From a virus, in the IMG/VR virus record IMGVR_UViG_3300045988_049226: a DNA stretch of 38,534 nt. One strand, given 5' to 3'. Positions 1 through 7,749 of the stretch are shown in pieces. The position numbers and the translations under genes were made by a program. Position 1 is the first letter of the stretch. Each line of letters opens with the position of its first letter. The notes beneath the pieces are model-generated. The model saw only the letters and a program-made list of their open reading frames with translations, did not search any database and was not told the DNA's origin.

Positions 1-99
1 ATTTTTTTTGCACTCATTCCATAATCTTTTGCAATTACAGAAATTGCTACTAACGATTTGTTTTGAAGAACCAAGTCGTAGTATGTCGCTTTCGGCTGA
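1..99. repeat. Exact 99-bp terminal direct repeat (copy 1), identical to 38436-38534. Read as the overlap of a circular assembly.
   Basis: Base-by-base comparison shows attttttttgcactcattcc...gtcgctttcggctga at both window ends. One gene reads through the junction in frame. Confidence 0.95.
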
Positions 100-542
100 A
101 GCTCTTGGATAATTTGATTCTTTTGAGCCACTTCTTCCTGTGCTTTCAGACGTAGTTGTCGTTCTTCTTTTAGCTTCTGAAGTGCTGCGATTGCCATGTC
201 TGGATTCTCCAGCAGATCATCAATAGCATAAAGACCGTGTTTGCGGATAGCTGGCAAAACATCACTGGTCACCCAGTCTGTAAAAGCTTCCGCTTCTTTT
301 TTCTTACTCTGAAAAATCAATTTATATAGATTGCTTTCAGAAACAAATTTCATATCTTGCTTTCTTCCAAGGCCATCGATGACCTCATTTGTAATGACCC
401 CATCTTGTTTAAGCCTTTTCAAAGCTTGACTTGGATTGTTTATGTCTAAGATTTTACACACATCCGCATTGCTAAAATACGGATTATTATCAATAGTTAC
501 CGTACGGACCTCTTGCCCGTGAAAGTTAAAAACTTCATTCAT
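1..542 (-). CDS. Phage antirepressor, N-terminal Bro-N part. The gene wraps the window ends; the C-terminal part is 38207-38435.
   Basis: ATG at 542-540 with RBS AAAGGAG (reverse complement of 550-556). The translation MNEVFNFHGQEVRTVTIDNNPYFSNADVCKILDINNPSQALKRL has a Bro-N signature. There is no stop before base 1. Through the 99-bp overlap it is in frame with ORF 38207-38509, giving one 256-aa protein. Confidence 0.85.
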   Translation of the reverse strand, partial: MNEVFNFHGQEVRTVTIDNNPYFSNADVCKILDINNPSQALKRLKQDGVITNEVIDGLGRKQDMKFVSESNLYKLIFQSKKKEAEAFTDWVTSDVLPAIRKHGLYAIDDLLENPDMAIAALQKLKEERQLRLKAQEEVAQKNQIIQELQPKATYYDLVLQNKSLVAISVIAKDYGMSAKK

Positions 543-556
543 GGTACTTCTCCTTT

Positions 557-748
557 CTACTCAATCCCATAATCTTCAATAACCTGAAGAATAAAACTGT
601 TCGCTCGTGGACCTTTAGTCGTTCCACTAAGAATATTTGTCACTTCCTGTCGTTTAAAGCCATAAGCAACCGCTAGAGTTGTTTTTTTAATGCCCTTGTC
701 TTTCAAAAAAGCATTAACTTTCTCACGACCGTTTGCGATATCTGGCAT
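557..748 (-). CDS. Cro-like small HTH regulator, first gene of the early operon.
   Basis: 63-aa ORF with RBS TAAGGAGG (reverse complement of 756-763). It has an HTH-like core KKTTLAVAYGFKRQEVTNIL and is divergent from the repressor gene. Confidence 0.6.
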   Translation of the reverse strand: MPDIANGREKVNAFLKDKGIKKTTLAVAYGFKRQEVTNILSGTTKGPRANSFILQVIEDYGIE

Positions 749-1044
749 ATATGTTCCTCCTTATCCCCAATTTATGTAAATAAGAAACAACTAAAAATTA
801 AACTTTTTTGTGTTATTTCTTGACAAAATCTATAATAAAGTCTAAAATGAAAGCATAATAAAAACACTAATAAATCCACAAATACTGTTCGCCAAAACAT
901 TTTTATGATTTATTTTTTTAGTTGTTTTTTTAGTTGTAACTTACTTACAAAAACTATTCTATACTTTTTTCTAGATAATGTCAATACTTTTTTCTAGATT
1001 TTTTAGAATATTTTTTGTGACGTCATAGAAAGGTTGATGTATCA
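749..1044. promoter_or_regulatory. Genetic-switch intergenic region with divergent promoters and repeated operator-like sequences.
   Basis: 296-nt AT-rich gap between the divergent cro-like and cI-like genes. TTGACA (820-825), a 17-nt spacer and TAAAAT (843-848) lie on the plus strand. A tandem 12-mer ttttttagttgt is at 914-925 and 926-937. A 16-mer atacttttttctagat is at 961-976 and 984-999. Confidence 0.6.
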
Positions 1045-1425
1045 ATGTTTTCGACACTAGAAAAAATTAAAAAATTAGCAAAAAGTAGGGGTATTTCTTT
1101 AGCAAAGTTAGAAGAAAGTCTAGGGTATAGTACCAATTATTTCTATACCTTAAAAACGAAAACCCCAAACTCTGACCGCCTACAAGAAATCGCCGACTAT
1201 TTCAACGTGTCCACCGACTACCTATTGGGACGAACTGATAATCCACGGATTGCATCGGATGCTTCAATTATAGATACCGATCCTATAGAAGAGCAAACAC
1301 TCGTCATGTTTCGCAAAGAAACTGAAGATATGTCGGACGACGAAAAAGAGCGCTTCAATAAAGCTCTCATTAACATGATGAAGAATGCTCGTGATCTTGT
1401 CAAAGATGAATCTTTCTGGAAGTAG
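1045..1425 (+). CDS. XRE-family (cI/ImmR-like) phage repressor.
   Basis: 126 aa with an N-terminal HTH_3-type motif (LAKSRGISLAKLEESLGYSTNYFYTLK ... LQEIADYFNVSTDYLLGRTD). GAAAGG at 1028-1033 lies upstream. An ImmA-like protease gene follows. Confidence 0.8.
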   Translation: MFSTLEKIKKLAKSRGISLAKLEESLGYSTNYFYTLKTKTPNSDRLQEIADYFNVSTDYLLGRTDNPRIASDASIIDTDPIEEQTLVMFRKETEDMSDDEKERFNKALINMMKNARDLVKDESFWK

Positions 1426-1433
1426 GTGACTAT

Positions 1434-2195
1434 TTGAAACATTATACAAGACCCTCAAAAGAAACTTACTTACAATATCATGGAAACGCAAATAGACTAC
1501 TTATGGATATATCTGACCATTTTGGTATTCATATTTCTCAAATTACTTTCGAACTAATCATTGAATTTTTCGAAACTAAGTTTAATATTCTATTTGTCTA
1601 CTTTGAAGCGGATTTAATGTACAAATTGTTTCCAAACAAAAAACAAGAACTTAAATATAATTTAACTTCAAATAATTCTCTATTATTGGTTGATTTCAGC
1701 TTTTGCAATGTTTGTTCTGGAATGACAATTCCAGATTTTGAAAAGAATCGCTTTGTTGTTTACATCAATCAAGACGTAATCAAAGGGAGAGTAATGTTTA
1801 CAATTCTTCATGAATTAGCACATATATACTGTCACCTTATGAGTTCTGTTTATGATAAAGTTCTAGTATCTAAGACTTCGTCAAATTATAACGATTCCTA
1901 TCCAGCTGAAATCGCTCCACTAGAAAATGAAGCAAATACCATTGCATCAATTTTGTTTCTCAATGACTTTAAATTGCTTGAGTATATAAATTCTGGATTG
2001 ACGTTCAAACAACTTATTGAATTCAGTCAAATGTCAAAGCCTGCATTACATAATCGTTTGATGAACTTTCTAATGTATAATTGCAGTTGCCAAGAGTATT
2101 ATGCCCTCAGTATAGTCCAAGGATACAAAAATGACGAAGACTGGGCTATTTTGACTTTGCAACAATTTCAAAGAGAATTACAAGAAATTGCTTAA
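1434..2195 (+). CDS. ImmA/IrrE-family zinc metallopeptidase (anti-repressor protease).
   Basis: HEXXH motif in FTILHELAHIYCH. It sits immediately downstream of the XRE repressor, as in ImmR/ImmA pairs. The TTG start at 1434 is uncertain. Confidence 0.75.
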   Translation: MKHYTRPSKETYLQYHGNANRLLMDISDHFGIHISQITFELIIEFFETKFNILFVYFEADLMYKLFPNKKQELKYNLTSNNSLLLVDFSFCNVCSGMTIPDFEKNRFVVYINQDVIKGRVMFTILHELAHIYCHLMSSVYDKVLVSKTSSNYNDSYPAEIAPLENEANTIASILFLNDFKLLEYINSGLTFKQLIEFSQMSKPALHNRLMNFLMYNCSCQEYYALSIVQGYKNDEDWAILTLQQFQRELQEIA

Positions 2196-2218
2196 AATAT
2201 AAAGATTATGAGAAAAAA

Positions 2219-2500
2219 TTGATTATGAAATTAGGACCACGAACACCAAATATAAAAAAGAGAGTTTCAGCACGTACAACTGGATCAGTAACACGAAGGA
2301 TAAAATCAAGCACCTCTCCACTTTATGGGCAAAAAGGAATGGGGTGGGTTAAAGACCCAGAACGTGCAGCATACAATAAAATATACAACCAAACAACAAC
2401 TGATTTTGATTTAGCAGAAGGTTGCTCATACGGTTGCGGTTGTCTTGTATTTATTGTGATGATGGTTATTTTATATAACTTTTTATCGACAATACTATAA
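2219..2500 (+). CDS. Small basic protein with a C-terminal transmembrane anchor; lysogeny-module accessory gene.
   Basis: ORF of 91-93 aa; ATG at 2225 is the more likely start. The N-terminus is basic (KKRVSARTTGSVTRRIK) and the C-terminus is Cys-rich and hydrophobic (CSYGCGCLVFIVMMVILYNFLSTIL). Confidence 0.55.
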   Translation: MIMKLGPRTPNIKKRVSARTTGSVTRRIKSSTSPLYGQKGMGWVKDPERAAYNKIYNQTTTDFDLAEGCSYGCGCLVFIVMMVILYNFLSTIL

Positions 2501-2557
2501 AAAAATCCCCACACTCTCCGACCGCCAAGTTTTTGAGTGTGAGGAAATCATGTATAG

Positions 2558-2582
2558 TAAAAGGCATTAAAAAGCCCTTTTT
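2558..2582 (+). terminator. Imperfect hairpin plus T-run upstream of int.
   Basis: aaaaggc-attaaaaa-gccctttttt forms a stem with one bulge, followed by a T-run. Confidence 0.35.
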
Positions 2583-2619
2583 ACTATACCCATTTTAACA
2601 AGAAATGAGGTAAAAATCA

Positions 2620-3744
2620 ATGATCAAGAAATATTTAACCAAAGACGGAGAGACTAGATATATGCTCCAAGCATATCTTGGTGTTGATCCATTTACAGGC
2701 AAACAAAGGCGCACGACCCGTAGAGGTTTTAAAACGCAGAAGGAAGCCAAGAAAGCAGAACGGGAGCTACTGCTATCTGTGGAGGAAAACGGATTTACAG
2801 ATCACTCTAGCAAGCCTACGTTTAAAGAAGTAGCTGATCTGTGGTTAGAAAGCTATGAAACAACTGTGAAGCCTACGACCTACCAATGTACGAGTATGTA
2901 TTTAAAAGTTATCGTTAAAGATTATTTTAACGATATCAGAATAGAGAGTATATCTGTATCTATGATGCAGCAGATTGTACTTAAATTAAGTAAGAGATAC
3001 ACTCAGTATTCACTCTATCTGTCTGTGATTAATCGTGTGTTTAAATTTGCTCTATCGCTAGGAATTGTACAAACCAATCCGGTTGATAAGATCATACGAC
3101 CAAAACAAAAACAATCTCACAAAGCTAAAATAGCACTTACAAAAGAAGAGTTAAACCAATTTCTCACACTAGCCAAAGAAGATGCAAAACCATCTCTATA
3201 CGTAGCGTGGCACACACTCGCTTATACTGGACTGAGACGAGGGGAATTGCTAGGTCTTGAATGGTCTGATGTTGATTTTGATAATAAGATGATATCCGTT
3301 AATAAGACACTTGTCAAAGTTGGTGGTAAGTTGTCCACTCAATCTCCTAAAACCAAATGTAGCTTGCGGACAATATCAATAGACGATACCACTTTACAAG
3401 TTTTAAAAAGCTGGAAGTTGGAACAAAAGAAATTGTTTTTCAAACACGGCATCAAGTCTAAAAATATCGTTATCACAAATTCCAGCGGTAGTTATTTTGA
3501 GTTTTCCCATTTCAGAGAAGAATTGCTATACTTCCTTGGTAAGCACAAGCTAAAACAATTTAACGTGCATAGCCTACGACACACACACGCAAGCCTGCTC
3601 TTTGAAGCTGGTATAGAACCTAAAACCATATCAGATAGGTTAGGACACGCAAACATACAAACAACTCTCGATATGTATACACACTTAAATGATAACCAGC
3701 GGTCAGATGTTGCAGATCGCTTATTAAAATTTCTTGAAGCGTAG
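2620..3744 (+). CDS. int: Tyrosine recombinase (phage integrase).
   Basis: 374 aa. The C-terminal catalytic region HSLRHTHASLLFEAGIEPKTISDRLGHANIQTTLDMYTH shows the HxxR...Y pattern, and LRRGELLGL supplies the first Arg. attP-like repeats lie next to it. Confidence 0.9.
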   Translation: MIKKYLTKDGETRYMLQAYLGVDPFTGKQRRTTRRGFKTQKEAKKAERELLLSVEENGFTDHSSKPTFKEVADLWLESYETTVKPTTYQCTSMYLKVIVKDYFNDIRIESISVSMMQQIVLKLSKRYTQYSLYLSVINRVFKFALSLGIVQTNPVDKIIRPKQKQSHKAKIALTKEELNQFLTLAKEDAKPSLYVAWHTLAYTGLRRGELLGLEWSDVDFDNKMISVNKTLVKVGGKLSTQSPKTKCSLRTISIDDTTLQVLKSWKLEQKKLFFKHGIKSKNIVITNSSGSYFEFSHFREELLYFLGKHKLKQFNVHSLRHTHASLLFEAGIEPKTISDRLGHANIQTTLDMYTHLNDNQRSDVADRLLKFLEA

Positions 3745-3970
3745 TCAAAAACGTAGTCAACACACTAAAACCCTTGATACACAAGGGTTTTTACTTTTAT
3801 ACCACAAAACTAAATCACATTCTATTAGATATCCATTAGATGCGGTTGGTTGATTTGACTATGTTTTGGGTATGGTCAAATATCACTCAAACGAATAAAA
3901 ACGTAGTCAATTACGTATTCATTCGATTGCCGTTATAATAGACAATCTCGATAATTGCCGTTATAAACAC
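3740..3970. repeat. attP candidate region with arm-type direct repeats and an inverted-repeat core candidate.
   Basis: cgtagtcaa occurs three times (3740-3748, 3752-3760, 3902-3910), and the 14-mer aaaaacgtagtcaa is at 3747-3760 and 3897-3910. attagat is at 3824-3830 and 3835-3841. The inverted pair tttgac (3854-3859) and gtcaaa (3875-3880) flanks 15 bp. attgccgttataa is at 3926-3938 and 3954-3966. Confidence 0.55.
3767..3793 (+). terminator. Rho-independent terminator of int.
   Basis: Stem acccttg (3770-3776) pairs with caagggt (3782-3788), with a 5-nt loop and a following T-run. Confidence 0.75.
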
Positions 3971-3996
3971 AAAAAAGCCCCCTCGATTGAGGGGGT
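3971..3996 (-). terminator. Rho-independent terminator ending the late operon.
   Basis: Minus-strand reading is ACCCCCTC-AATC-GAGGGGG followed by CTTTTTT. The stem is 3978-3984 with 3989-3995. Confidence 0.8.
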
Positions 3997-4008
3997 CTGT
4001 GTGTCTTA

Positions 4009-4896
4009 TTATATAGTCTCTGGCCACGGGTCGTCCGTTACATAGGACATATTAGTAAACCGCAAGTCTCCGATATCCCGATCTGTTGGCACCGGATCAT
4101 CGAATTGTAGTCGAAGCTGATTGCCGTCACCCGGCCCGCCTAAATAAAATGTCCCAAGGCGCTTGCCCTTGTCATTTGTCATAATACCAAGTTTTGAGCT
4201 GGTCGCACGAAAACCGACGGGTATACCGCCAACGTTTAAGATAACAACGTTTCGCTCTCTGTCTGAACCTTGAGGAACGTAGCTGGGCGCACCTCGTCTC
4301 ACGATCCCAAACCAACCCCATGACAAACCGCCGAAGCCGACCTCTACTGTTGAGTTTATGCGTCTAAATTCTACGTATGCGTTGGTTTGATTTGAGTTGA
4401 TATTTCTTGGCTTAAATTTGACATCACCAAACAATACCGACCAAGCGTTAGATCCAGTTCCAGCGGTCTTTTTGATCCACTTAACGGCACCGTTCTTAGC
4501 CGTGGTATCAGTGTATATTGTACCGATATCAGCGTTTAGAGCGTATGGGAAGCCTTGACCTTTTAATTCTGTACTTCCACTATTAGCACCCGTTCCTACT
4601 TTGCGTTTGAGTTCTTCCAGATCATTCTTACTTGCAAGTTGGCTTGTGTCAATCGTTGGCAATTTTGACCGTGTAATAAACGGATCACCACCGTTTTGGA
4701 GTTTGGTGTCAATGAGAGCGTCCAGACCGAGGTCTACGTGCTTCTCCTTGATATTCGTGGTCATCTGCGCTTGTAACGTGGCATACGTTGGAAACAACTC
4801 GTAAGCTTTGGAAGTTTGCAACGCTCCGCCTTGATTAGCTTGAAGCGTCCCAATATCACGACCAATGGATTCTATAGCTTTCTTTAATTTATCCAT
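4009..4896 (-). CDS. Fibre-like or receptor-binding-like protein: coiled-coil N-terminus and beta-rich C-terminal domain. Function unknown.
   Basis: 295 aa with RBS TAAGGAGGTG upstream. The N-terminus is alpha-helical (MDKLKKAIESIGRDIGTLQ). The C-terminal 150 aa are Gly/Asn/aromatic-rich (GFGGLSWGWFGIVRRG ... FYLGGPGDGNQLRLQF). It is the last gene before attP. Confidence 0.45.
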   Translation of the reverse strand: MDKLKKAIESIGRDIGTLQANQGGALQTSKAYELFPTYATLQAQMTTNIKEKHVDLGLDALIDTKLQNGGDPFITRSKLPTIDTSQLASKNDLEELKRKVGTGANSGSTELKGQGFPYALNADIGTIYTDTTAKNGAVKWIKKTAGTGSNAWSVLFGDVKFKPRNINSNQTNAYVEFRRINSTVEVGFGGLSWGWFGIVRRGAPSYVPQGSDRERNVVILNVGGIPVGFRATSSKLGIMTNDKGKRLGTFYLGGPGDGNQLRLQFDDPVPTDRDIGDLRFTNMSYVTDDPWPETI

Positions 4897-4907
4897 TCAG
4901 CACCTCC

Positions 4908-5258
4908 TTAGAGGGTATTTTTAGCCGTTGTATAGATTTGTACGAAGTCAGTATTTTCAAGGTCAGTGAATTTTTGGCCAAGCTCTGTCATTTTAGACAC
5001 AATAGCTTGGTCTGCTGATCCTGCACCATTTGCGATACGGTCAGCGATCTCTTTGAGAGTATCTAATTCTTCTGGTACTCCATCGCCTAAAATGGCAGTC
5101 TTGACACCAGCGATAGCTGTGTCTAGTTGTTGTTGTGTGATTCCAGCTTGTCCAAGTTCTGACTTGTCGGCTTTATTTGCAAGTGTGGTTTTAATTTCCT
5201 TGATATCAGTCCCGACAGCTTGTGCGAATTGTGTTAATTTCTCTGTGTTTAAAGTCAT
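4908..5258 (-). CDS. Tail-fibre shaft-like coiled-coil protein.
   Basis: 116 aa. It contains PEELDTLKEIADRIANG, which resembles the (A)LDTL(N/K)ELA motif recurrent in phage tail fibres. Confidence 0.45.
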   Translation of the reverse strand: MTLNTEKLTQFAQAVGTDIKEIKTTLANKADKSELGQAGITQQQLDTAIAGVKTAILGDGVPEELDTLKEIADRIANGAGSADQAIVSKMTELGQKFTDLENTDFVQIYTTAKNTL

Positions 5259-5269
5259 GTTCTATCCTT

Positions 5270-5686
5270 TCAAATTTTAGCTAGATTATAGAGAGTGGTT
5301 AGATCTGGAATCTCTTCGCCTTGCTCACGCTTCCGAAACTCTTCCAAACTGTCCGCTGTGTATTCTTCCGTTGATTGTGTCACCTTGATTACTGTTGACT
5401 TATCCGATGGGAATACATAGTTACCGCAAGTGATTTCCACTTGGTAGATGCCCACTGGTAAAACCTTATTAATATTAAATTTAACCTTATGATCTGTGAC
5501 CGTACTGGTCAAACTGGTCTTACCGCTACGATTAGCAAGTGTGATCGTAGCTTCCTGACCTTCCAATTCGGTTACTGGATTGTAATTTTCATCTAGCAAC
5601 TCATAGCCAAAGAGGGAAGCTGTGTCACCTTGTTTAACGACTTCGCCCCCCTCGAATTGTTTTAAGTTTGTTGAATTGATCCGCAT
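5270..5686 (-). CDS. Ig-like (BppU-N-like?) structural-type protein.
   Basis: 138 aa with RBS AAGGAGGTGAACC upstream. The sequence has a beta-sandwich-like alternating pattern (GQEATITLANRSGKTSLTSTVTDHKVKFNINKVLPVGIYQVEITCGNYVFPS). Confidence 0.4.
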   Translation of the reverse strand: MRINSTNLKQFEGGEVVKQGDTASLFGYELLDENYNPVTELEGQEATITLANRSGKTSLTSTVTDHKVKFNINKVLPVGIYQVEITCGNYVFPSDKSTVIKVTQSTEEYTADSLEEFRKREQGEEIPDLTTLYNLAKI

Positions 5687-5697
5687 GGTTCACCTCC

Positions 5698-6450
5698 TTA
5701 TGAGAATGATCCAAAACTATTGATACGCTTACCATTCTCCGATTGTCCTACTGCGACATATCTGCGATTGCCAGAGCCTGCGATGTATGTGATCCAGATG
5801 TATCCATCATTATCAATCCAACCATCATAGTTGATAGTCTGACCTGCAGTATATACTGCTACGATCTCACCAGACAAACCTGCAGAAGCCCGTACATTCA
5901 GCGCAGAGACTTCGACTGTAAATGTACCAGTTTCCTCATTAAATGCGCTAGAATCGACTGTAAGAGGTTCTGATGGTTCGACATTAGTCACTTGTGCTGG
6001 TTGCCCGTCAACTGGGAAGTAGAACCAGCCTACAATACCGTTAAAATCACGGGTGTTATATCGTGCTGGACCACCGACATAAAGAGCATCTTCGTTACCG
6101 TCAATGTTTTGTTCAATAGTGCGCATGGTATATCCGTCACTATCTTCGATAACTAAACCGGTGTGACCGTAACTGTGACCGTAGATGTAAGTGGTATCCA
6201 TAACGAATACTGCCCCAGCCCGTGGCTTACTGTCGAGATTGCCTTCTTGATTGTATTCCACCTCATAGCCTAAATCACGGGCAGAATTGAGAAGATCAAT
6301 CGCATTTCCCCAAAGAGTTTTGCCAAAAAAGTAAGTAGAGATCGCATTAGGTAGTGCAGCACACTGCATACCCCACTTGCTCATAGATACGCCTGTTCCA
6401 GCATCTGCTAAGCCTTCGGCATATCCTAAAATATCATTTAAAGTAGCCAT
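5698..6450 (-). CDS. Endolysin with an N-terminal CHAP peptidase/amidase domain and a C-terminal SH3b-like wall-binding domain.
   Basis: Candidate catalytic Cys is in KWGMQCAALP and candidate His in YGHTGLV. The C-terminal NVRASAGLSGEIVAVYTAGQTINYDGWIDNDGYIWITY resembles SH3b. The gene lies immediately after the holin. Confidence 0.85.
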   Translation of the reverse strand: MATLNDILGYAEGLADAGTGVSMSKWGMQCAALPNAISTYFFGKTLWGNAIDLLNSARDLGYEVEYNQEGNLDSKPRAGAVFVMDTTYIYGHSYGHTGLVIEDSDGYTMRTIEQNIDGNEDALYVGGPARYNTRDFNGIVGWFYFPVDGQPAQVTNVEPSEPLTVDSSAFNEETGTFTVEVSALNVRASAGLSGEIVAVYTAGQTINYDGWIDNDGYIWITYIAGSGNRRYVAVGQSENGKRINSFGSFS

Positions 6451-6466
6451 TACTGCTCCTTTCTAA

Positions 6467-6501
6467 ATTCAAAAGCGACTACCCAGAAATAGATAGTCGC
6501 T
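6467..6501 (-). terminator. Hairpin plus short T-run between holin and endolysin; attenuator-like.
   Basis: 8-bp stem agcgacta (6474-6481) with tagtcgct (6494-6501). The minus strand continues TTTTGAATTT. Confidence 0.4.
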
Positions 6502-6513
6502 AGTAAGAATAGT

Positions 6514-6774
6514 TTAATCTTCGCTAGGTTCTTCATAACCTAATGCTCGTGTGCTATCGCTCAATCCTATAGTGGTTGGGTCATTGACGATCCCTACAAG
6601 CACAAGGAAGGCAAATAGTACATTGATAAATACAAGAACTTTATCAATCGTTTGGCCAAACTCCAATTTGATACCAAAAATATCAGCGAATGCTTGGAAG
6701 AGTAATGCAAGAGCTGGCACAAGAGCAAGCCAAAAGTTTTTGTTTTTCAAACGTACATTCCAGTTGATTTTCAT
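6514..6774 (-). CDS. Holin, phi-LC3/LL-H-like family.
   Basis: 86 aa beginning MKINWNVRLKNKNFWLALVPALALLFQAF, with two transmembrane segments and an acidic C-terminus (YEEPSED). It is directly upstream of the lysin. Confidence 0.8.
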   Translation of the reverse strand: MKINWNVRLKNKNFWLALVPALALLFQAFADIFGIKLEFGQTIDKVLVFINVLFAFLVLVGIVNDPTTIGLSDSTRALGYEEPSED

Positions 6775-6785
6775 AGTGTTACCTC

Positions 6786-7070
6786 TTAATTATTTTTATT
6801 TTGGATTAATGCTTTAAGTTCCTTCATATCCTCGCTCAAGGCTTTGACCTGCTCTGCGAGGATCAATAGAGACTTATTCTGTTCATCGTGGTTATCAAGT
6901 CGTCTCACTGCTGTAAGACGGAAGTCACGCATGTTTTCAATGTCTTTTTCGATCACGACCATGCGTTTCTCCTGAGCCACGACACTTCCTTTAAAATTTC
7001 CGTAAATTCCAAGTAAGATCCCGACAAATCCGACCATCATCGAGATATCTTCTGGTGTAAAGTGGATCAT
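6786..7070 (-). CDS. Single-pass membrane protein with a coiled-coil tail; possible lysis accessory protein.
   Basis: 94 aa with an N-terminal transmembrane segment (MMVGFVGILLGIYGNF) followed by a charged helical region. It is adjacent to the holin. Confidence 0.5.
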   Translation of the reverse strand: MIHFTPEDISMMVGFVGILLGIYGNFKGSVVAQEKRMVVIEKDIENMRDFRLTAVRRLDNHDEQNKSLLILAEQVKALSEDMKELKALIQNKNN

Positions 7071-7089
7071 AGATCACGCCCCTTTCTGA

Positions 7090-7746
7090 TTAAAGTACTG
7101 GTTGTGGTGTAGCTGTCGCCACTGGTTGAGTTTCAAGATCACCAGAAGGTTGTCCCGGCTTCTCTTCCTTCTCTTCTTTTGGTTTCGTCCACTTCCAAAT
7201 GCCAATCTTACCATTTTGGTAAAGGCTTGCGAGTTGTTCAAGGGTCTCTCCATTGTAAGTAAAGTCACTGTTTACTTGCACCATTACACGGTTGCCCTCA
7301 CCGTATGCAGCAGTATGGCTTGCATCTTCGAGTGTAAAGATTTCTTGTGATTTATAAGTCTTACCAGACTGTCCAAGGTCAACCAATTCAAGTCCACGCT
7401 TGTAGATTGTTGGGTCAAGTGGATTCTCAACATCGGTCACCCGTGCCAATACTGCCCAATCTGCTACGGCCTTAACTTCTGCGATCTTTGTGTCTTTTTC
7501 TGCGAGTTTTTGCTCGTAGTTTTCGGCTTGGTTATGCAAGTCCTCTTGCAATTTCTTCACACCGTCAGCAGGATTGAATTCAGTCGCAACTTGTCCGAGT
7601 ACGGCTTGGATCAATGCTTCGTCTGATTCGTTGGTGCGGTCCCCGATTAGTACACGGTCAAAGGCCGTATAAGGTGCGTCTTGTCGAATTGCTACGAATG
7701 TTTTACCAGCTTCTTGTAAATACTTGTTAACTACTTTAAATGTCAT
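7090..7746 (-). CDS. Hypothetical protein with a Pro/Glu-rich C-terminus, lying between the tail tip and lysis genes.
   Basis: 218-aa ORF contiguous with its neighbours. The C-terminus reads KPKEEKEEKPGQPSGDLETQPVATATPQPVL. Confidence 0.6.
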   Translation of the reverse strand: MTFKVVNKYLQEAGKTFVAIRQDAPYTAFDRVLIGDRTNESDEALIQAVLGQVATEFNPADGVKKLQEDLHNQAENYEQKLAEKDTKIAEVKAVADWAVLARVTDVENPLDPTIYKRGLELVDLGQSGKTYKSQEIFTLEDASHTAAYGEGNRVMVQVNSDFTYNGETLEQLASLYQNGKIGIWKWTKPKEEKEEKPGQPSGDLETQPVATATPQPVL

Positions 7747-7749
7747 ATA

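Noticed and set aside
2507-2544. A 9/10-bp hairpin (ccccacactc ... gagtgtgagg) after the small membrane-protein gene, considered as a terminator.
   Set aside because: It has an 18-nt loop and no T-run on either side. It may still be structural, but it does not fit an intrinsic terminator. The weaker hairpin at 2558-2582 does have a T-run.
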